A stretch of DNA of 64,000 bases from Gekko japonicus. Its lineage: Eukaryota. The stretch lies in NCBI RefSeq assembly GCF_001447785.1, contig NW_015163612.1:1098430-1162429 (forward strand). Direction: 5' to 3'. A program made the translations under genes and the position numbers. Shown piece after piece: positions 59,615-64,000 of this stretch (the first letter of the stretch is position 1; each line of letters starts with the position of its first letter). The notes below the pieces were generated by a model. That model searched no databases. It was not told the origin of the DNA and worked only from the letters and a program-made list of their open reading frames with translations.

Positions 59615-62238
59615 TAATTTCATGCTATCATTTATTGACTTTGTTGGTATATACTTGCCCTTTGCAAGCATCATAGAGAATCAGGTCACACACAGTAGTA
59701 GTAAATAGGTCCTATGAATACCTCAAGTGTATTTCTCCCTTGTTGTACAATCAGTGAGCTTGATATCTGGGCCAGATGATGCTCTTTCCAATCTCTTCCC
59801 TATCTGTAACAGATGACAACAAATCACACAAGTATGTCATGCTCAGGGTGCAGCCATTGTTATAATTTTTCTTCTCTTTTCCTGGGGCCCAGTGCTTGTT
59901 TTTCTGTTGGCAAACAACCAGTATGTCATCTGTCTTAATGTGCTGATTCCTGTTCAAGTGACATGTCTGAATGTACACATGCTGGATGTGGTTTGTGTGT
60001 TCCTTTAAGCTTAGTTCAGACACTGAAGTTAAGTCTTCAGTGACTCTATGTGCTATATGTTGGTTTCCCAGCTGCTTCCCCCATCCCATGGGGTTCTGAT
60101 TTTGAAAAGAAAGTGGTGGACAAGGAGAAGGTTGTAAGCCTCCACAGTAGTATTTCACTGCTCTAAATTTCCCCTCCCAAAGCAGTTTTCCCTTTTGATA
60201 ATAAGCACCACTACACACAATGTACTGCTACACATAATGCATAGTTAGTTCCTAGCCCTTTCAAAAAGACAGGTGTTTCATCTGGCTGAGCAGAAACAGC
60301 TAAATAAACTTGTTCTGCCTGCTCAATCAGAGCTCAACCACATGATAAAATGGAGGAGCTACATGCTAATTCATGGCATTCATGATTTAATTAACACACA
60401 CATGTCCTTATGGATAAAATCAAGAACACGGTATCCATGTGTGCATTTGAATGTTCTCTTTTTTCAAAGAAATCTTACTACAAAGTAGGAATCTCCAAAG
60501 TACCTTTATGGTGATTAGAATAACTATTCACTGATTTTTAACATAACTACTGTAAACAATGAAAATCAGTTAAAGAGAATACAATAAAAAATAAAATAAA
60601 AAATATTGGTTCAGAAGTTTACTGCATGGATATAGGCAGTGGGTTTTTTTGGGGGGGGGATTTCAGTTGGTTATGTTGCTGCTCTGAGGAAGATTGTTCT
60701 CCAGAAATAAAAGTGTTATACTGCTTTACTTTTTTCAGAATTGCATTGCTGCAAACTGCCTACCATAAATTTATACAGAAAGGAGTATGAATATTCCAAA
60801 TACATTTATAAATGCTGTTCCTGTAAAAATATTATAGAATCAGCTTTCATCCTTCTATCTAGATAAGTGCATGGAATATTTAAAATAAACTTTTTTCAGA
60901 GTTATTTATTTTAAGGAATGCTATGCCCCCATGTTATGAAAAGGACACATTAATCTAAAAGGCACCGTTCAACTGAACAAATTCCATCATTATGCCTCTA
61001 TTTTATGATGCTGTTTCTAAGATCCAATCACTATTATTGTTTTTAACAGATTTCTATAAAATTCTTCATCAGTAAATACAAATCAGGAAGAAAAATCTTT
61101 GCCAGACTGCATCTGACAAATTTTATTCTACAGGAAATGTGTTAGTCTTTAAGACACTGTAAGACTCTTATTGTTTCCCCCCCAGAAATGAACTGCCATA
61201 AATATACCTACATTAAACACAAAACCAAAAATGAAAGAATATAAAATACATTTAACAGAAGGGGCTTCTTCAGTTTTGTGAAACTTGTCTCTGGTGAAAA
61301 TGTTGGTGTGGATATATCATACCACCAGTTCTAAAATCAGAAGTCCAATTTCTAGGGTCTTCAGTACACAGAATGCAAAGGCCCCTGCCATGGGCGGGGG
61401 GAATTTTAAAAAATGGCCGCTGGGGCTGACAGCATGGTGTCACTTCTGAGAAAAACCCATAAGTGACATCAGTCTTCTCTATGAATCACCAGAAACAGTA
61501 TGGTTTTGCCACCATTTCTGGCAATTCCTAGAGACATGTGACAGAACTTCTGGGTTTTCCCAAAAGTGCTGTCATACTAGTGCTGATGGCTGCCCTCCCA
61601 TGGCCCCACCCCCTGGTCTCCTGCTGGCAACCATATTGGTAGAGGTCTTCCACATCATATACTATCTGATCTTTTAAATATGATATGCCAAGAACTGAAC
61701 CTGGAGCTATCATCAAACAAGACAGTTGCTCTACCACTGCACCACAGCCCCTTCCCTGTGTAGTTACACAGGGTTACTTAGCACACCAAAACAATAACTG
61801 CAAGGGGACCCATGCAAACTGAGCATCTTGGAGGATGGGTGGGGTATTAAACACCATTTGATTGCTTTTAAAGAAGTCACCCATATGCTGCTCCCCCCTG
61901 TGGGGGGCGGGGGGGGCGGGAAGGTACTCTAAGGCTTTTAAAGAAACAGAATGTAATAGTTGCATAGAATTTGGAGGAGGAGGATATGGAGGAATTGTTT
62001 TCTTTCTTGGTATTATCCTGTTTACAGATTTGGGTGCATTTCTAGTACAAATATACTTTGCCATTCTATTTAAGAGGTGTCACCATGACAACCTTTAAAT
62101 CACCTTGCATTTTACACCCGGTATCAATCAGTAAAACATCTCAAAACCCTACCTATATGCACATTATACACTGTGAAGGCTACAATGACTATAAAATTAT
62201 ATAGTGGATTTTTAAAAATCACATTGTGTGTGTGTGTG

Positions 62239-62285
<47 letters not shown>

Positions 62286-63269
62286 AGAAGTTCTGTGTTA
62301 AAATCATGCATCAAAGGAAATTGTGGGAAATGTTAACAGAAATCCATGGTGAAAAGAAAGCACTGCAAATTATATACCCATTTCTCCAGTCCCTGAACTC
62401 CTCCCACTGCAGAGTTGCAGAAATACATTATATTGGATTCAGCAGTACATAACTGGGAGGTGTCAATAGTCAAAAACGTCTCCTTAGTAGTCCTTTCTAG
62501 CCTCATAAACGTTTAGTCACAGGGTTGCAAGCTATGCTAGTTGAAGGTGGGCTGCAATGAGAGCAGCACGGGAGGGAATTGTTCCCTTTCCTGAATCAAG
62601 AGGAACAAGAGGGTGATTTTGTCCCCCTCCCCACATTAGCTATAGCTGTTAGTCTATGTGAGTCCTGAAGCCCTGAGAATGAACTTTTCTGGGGTTAGAA
62701 AGGACTGCTAAGGCAAGGGAAACATAGGAAAAACCTATAACTGGGAAGAAAGTTGATTCCTTTGAAATGTGNNNNNNNNNNNNNNNNNNNNNNNNNNNNN
62801 NNNNNNNNNNNNNNNNNNNNNNNNNNNNNNNNNNNNNNNNNNNNNNNNNNNNNNNNNNNNNNNNNNNNNNNNNNNNNNNNNNNNNNNNNNNNNNNNNNNN
62901 NNNNNNNNNNNNNNNNNNNNNNNNNNNNNNNNNNNNNNNNNNNNNNNNNNNNNNNNNNNNNNNNNNNNNNNNNNNNNNNNNNNNNNNNNNNNNNNNNNNN
63001 NNNNNNNNNNNNNNNNNNNNNNNNNNNNNNNNNNNNNNNNNNNNNNNNNNNNNNNNNNNNNNNTCATGGGGCTCGGCAGTGGAGCTGCAAGGCCGGCGGC
63101 GGCGGCCGGGACCGTTGGGGGCGGGGTGTGTGGCCTTATGACACACTTCTGGTGATGTCAGGGGGTGTGGCCTTATGACACACTTCCAGTGATGTCAGGG
63201 GGTGTGGCATATGCTAATGAGTTATGCTAATGAGTTCCCCTAGCTCTTTTTCTACGAAACGACCCCTGA

Positions 63270-63517
63270 AACTGAAGCTATCATATTTTGATCACATTAT
63301 GAGAAGACAAGAGTCACTGGAAAAGATAATAACACTAGGAAAAGTTGAAGGCAGCAGGAAAAGAGGAAGACCCAACATGAGATAGATTGACTGAATCAAG
63401 AAAACCATGGCCCTCGGTTTGCAAGACCTGAGCAAGGCTGTTAACAACAGGACATTTTGGAGAATGTTAATTCATAGGGTTGCCACAAGTCGGAAGTGAC
63501 TTGATGGGACTTAACAC
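63270..63517 (+). mobile_element. RTE (Bov-B-like) LINE 3' fragment
   Basis: LKLSYFDHIMRRQESLEKIITLGKVEGSRKRGRP motif; GGGTTGCCACAAGTCGGAAGTGACTTGA 3' end. Confidence 0.85.
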
Positions 63518-64000
63518 ATACACCATTAGTGCCTTTTGTTCATGGATCGCTGGATTTCATTGTATCTACACTAGCCTCCAAAGGTTAAGATTCTCCTGCA
63601 GGCATCCAAAATGCCAAGGACTTCAACATGAACATATTACCAGCAAGAAAGTCCTACTAAACTTAATGGACTTCACTGCTGAGTAAACAGATTGAAGATT
63701 GAATTAAGTAAATTGTATATTTAGAATATTACAAAAACATTTGCCAGGCAACACAAGCATCCAGCTGCTGAACATTCACTTCATAGTTAAATTACTGCCA
63801 ACAGATAGATATGGACATTTATTTTAAAGTCCAAAAATAAATGCCAGATTTATTTGCCAGCTAGAAACACTAAACAGCAAGTACAGAGAAAAAGTACCAA
63901 ATGTATAGGCCTCTGAGATAATACACAGGAGGCCCATTTCCCAGAAAAACCACAACTCTTGGCCAAACTACACATCAGTATCCTTGTATCTGACACAGGG

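Overview
Vertebrate genomic DNA from a squamate, most likely a gecko (Sauria SINEs, Squam3-type SINEs, 5S-derived SINEs, CR1/L2/RTE/Penelope debris), with five assembly gaps. It holds two host genes on the minus strand in the conserved PKIB-FABP7 order: FABP7 (complete 4-exon CDS, 132 aa, 18161-13309) and the two coding exons of PKIB (78 aa, 30724-29346). The rest is intergenic or intronic and repeat-rich. Highlights: (1) A decayed, internally deleted Gypsy provirus (3940-10259; both 320-bp LTRs, 5-bp TSD, tRNA-Ser PBS) whose RT carries two nested insertions. One is a 1.65-kb L1-related element with an apparently intact 5' end, ORF1, an A-tail and a 17-bp TSD but no ORF2 (half-L1/HAL1-like architecture). 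The other is a Rex1 3' fragment. (2) At the left edge, the 5' LTR of a second LTR element whose PBS is not tRNA-like but an exact 11-nt complement of its own predicted transcript 5' end (Tf1/Sushi-type self-priming), plus a related solo LTR at 42125-42544. (3) Penelope-derived minimal hammerhead ribozyme motifs, two long hairpins, a ~114-bp duplication bracketing FABP7 exon 3, paired CTCF motifs between the genes, and out-of-frame upstream ATGs at the PKIB start. All repeat family names come from motif recognition, not database searches.
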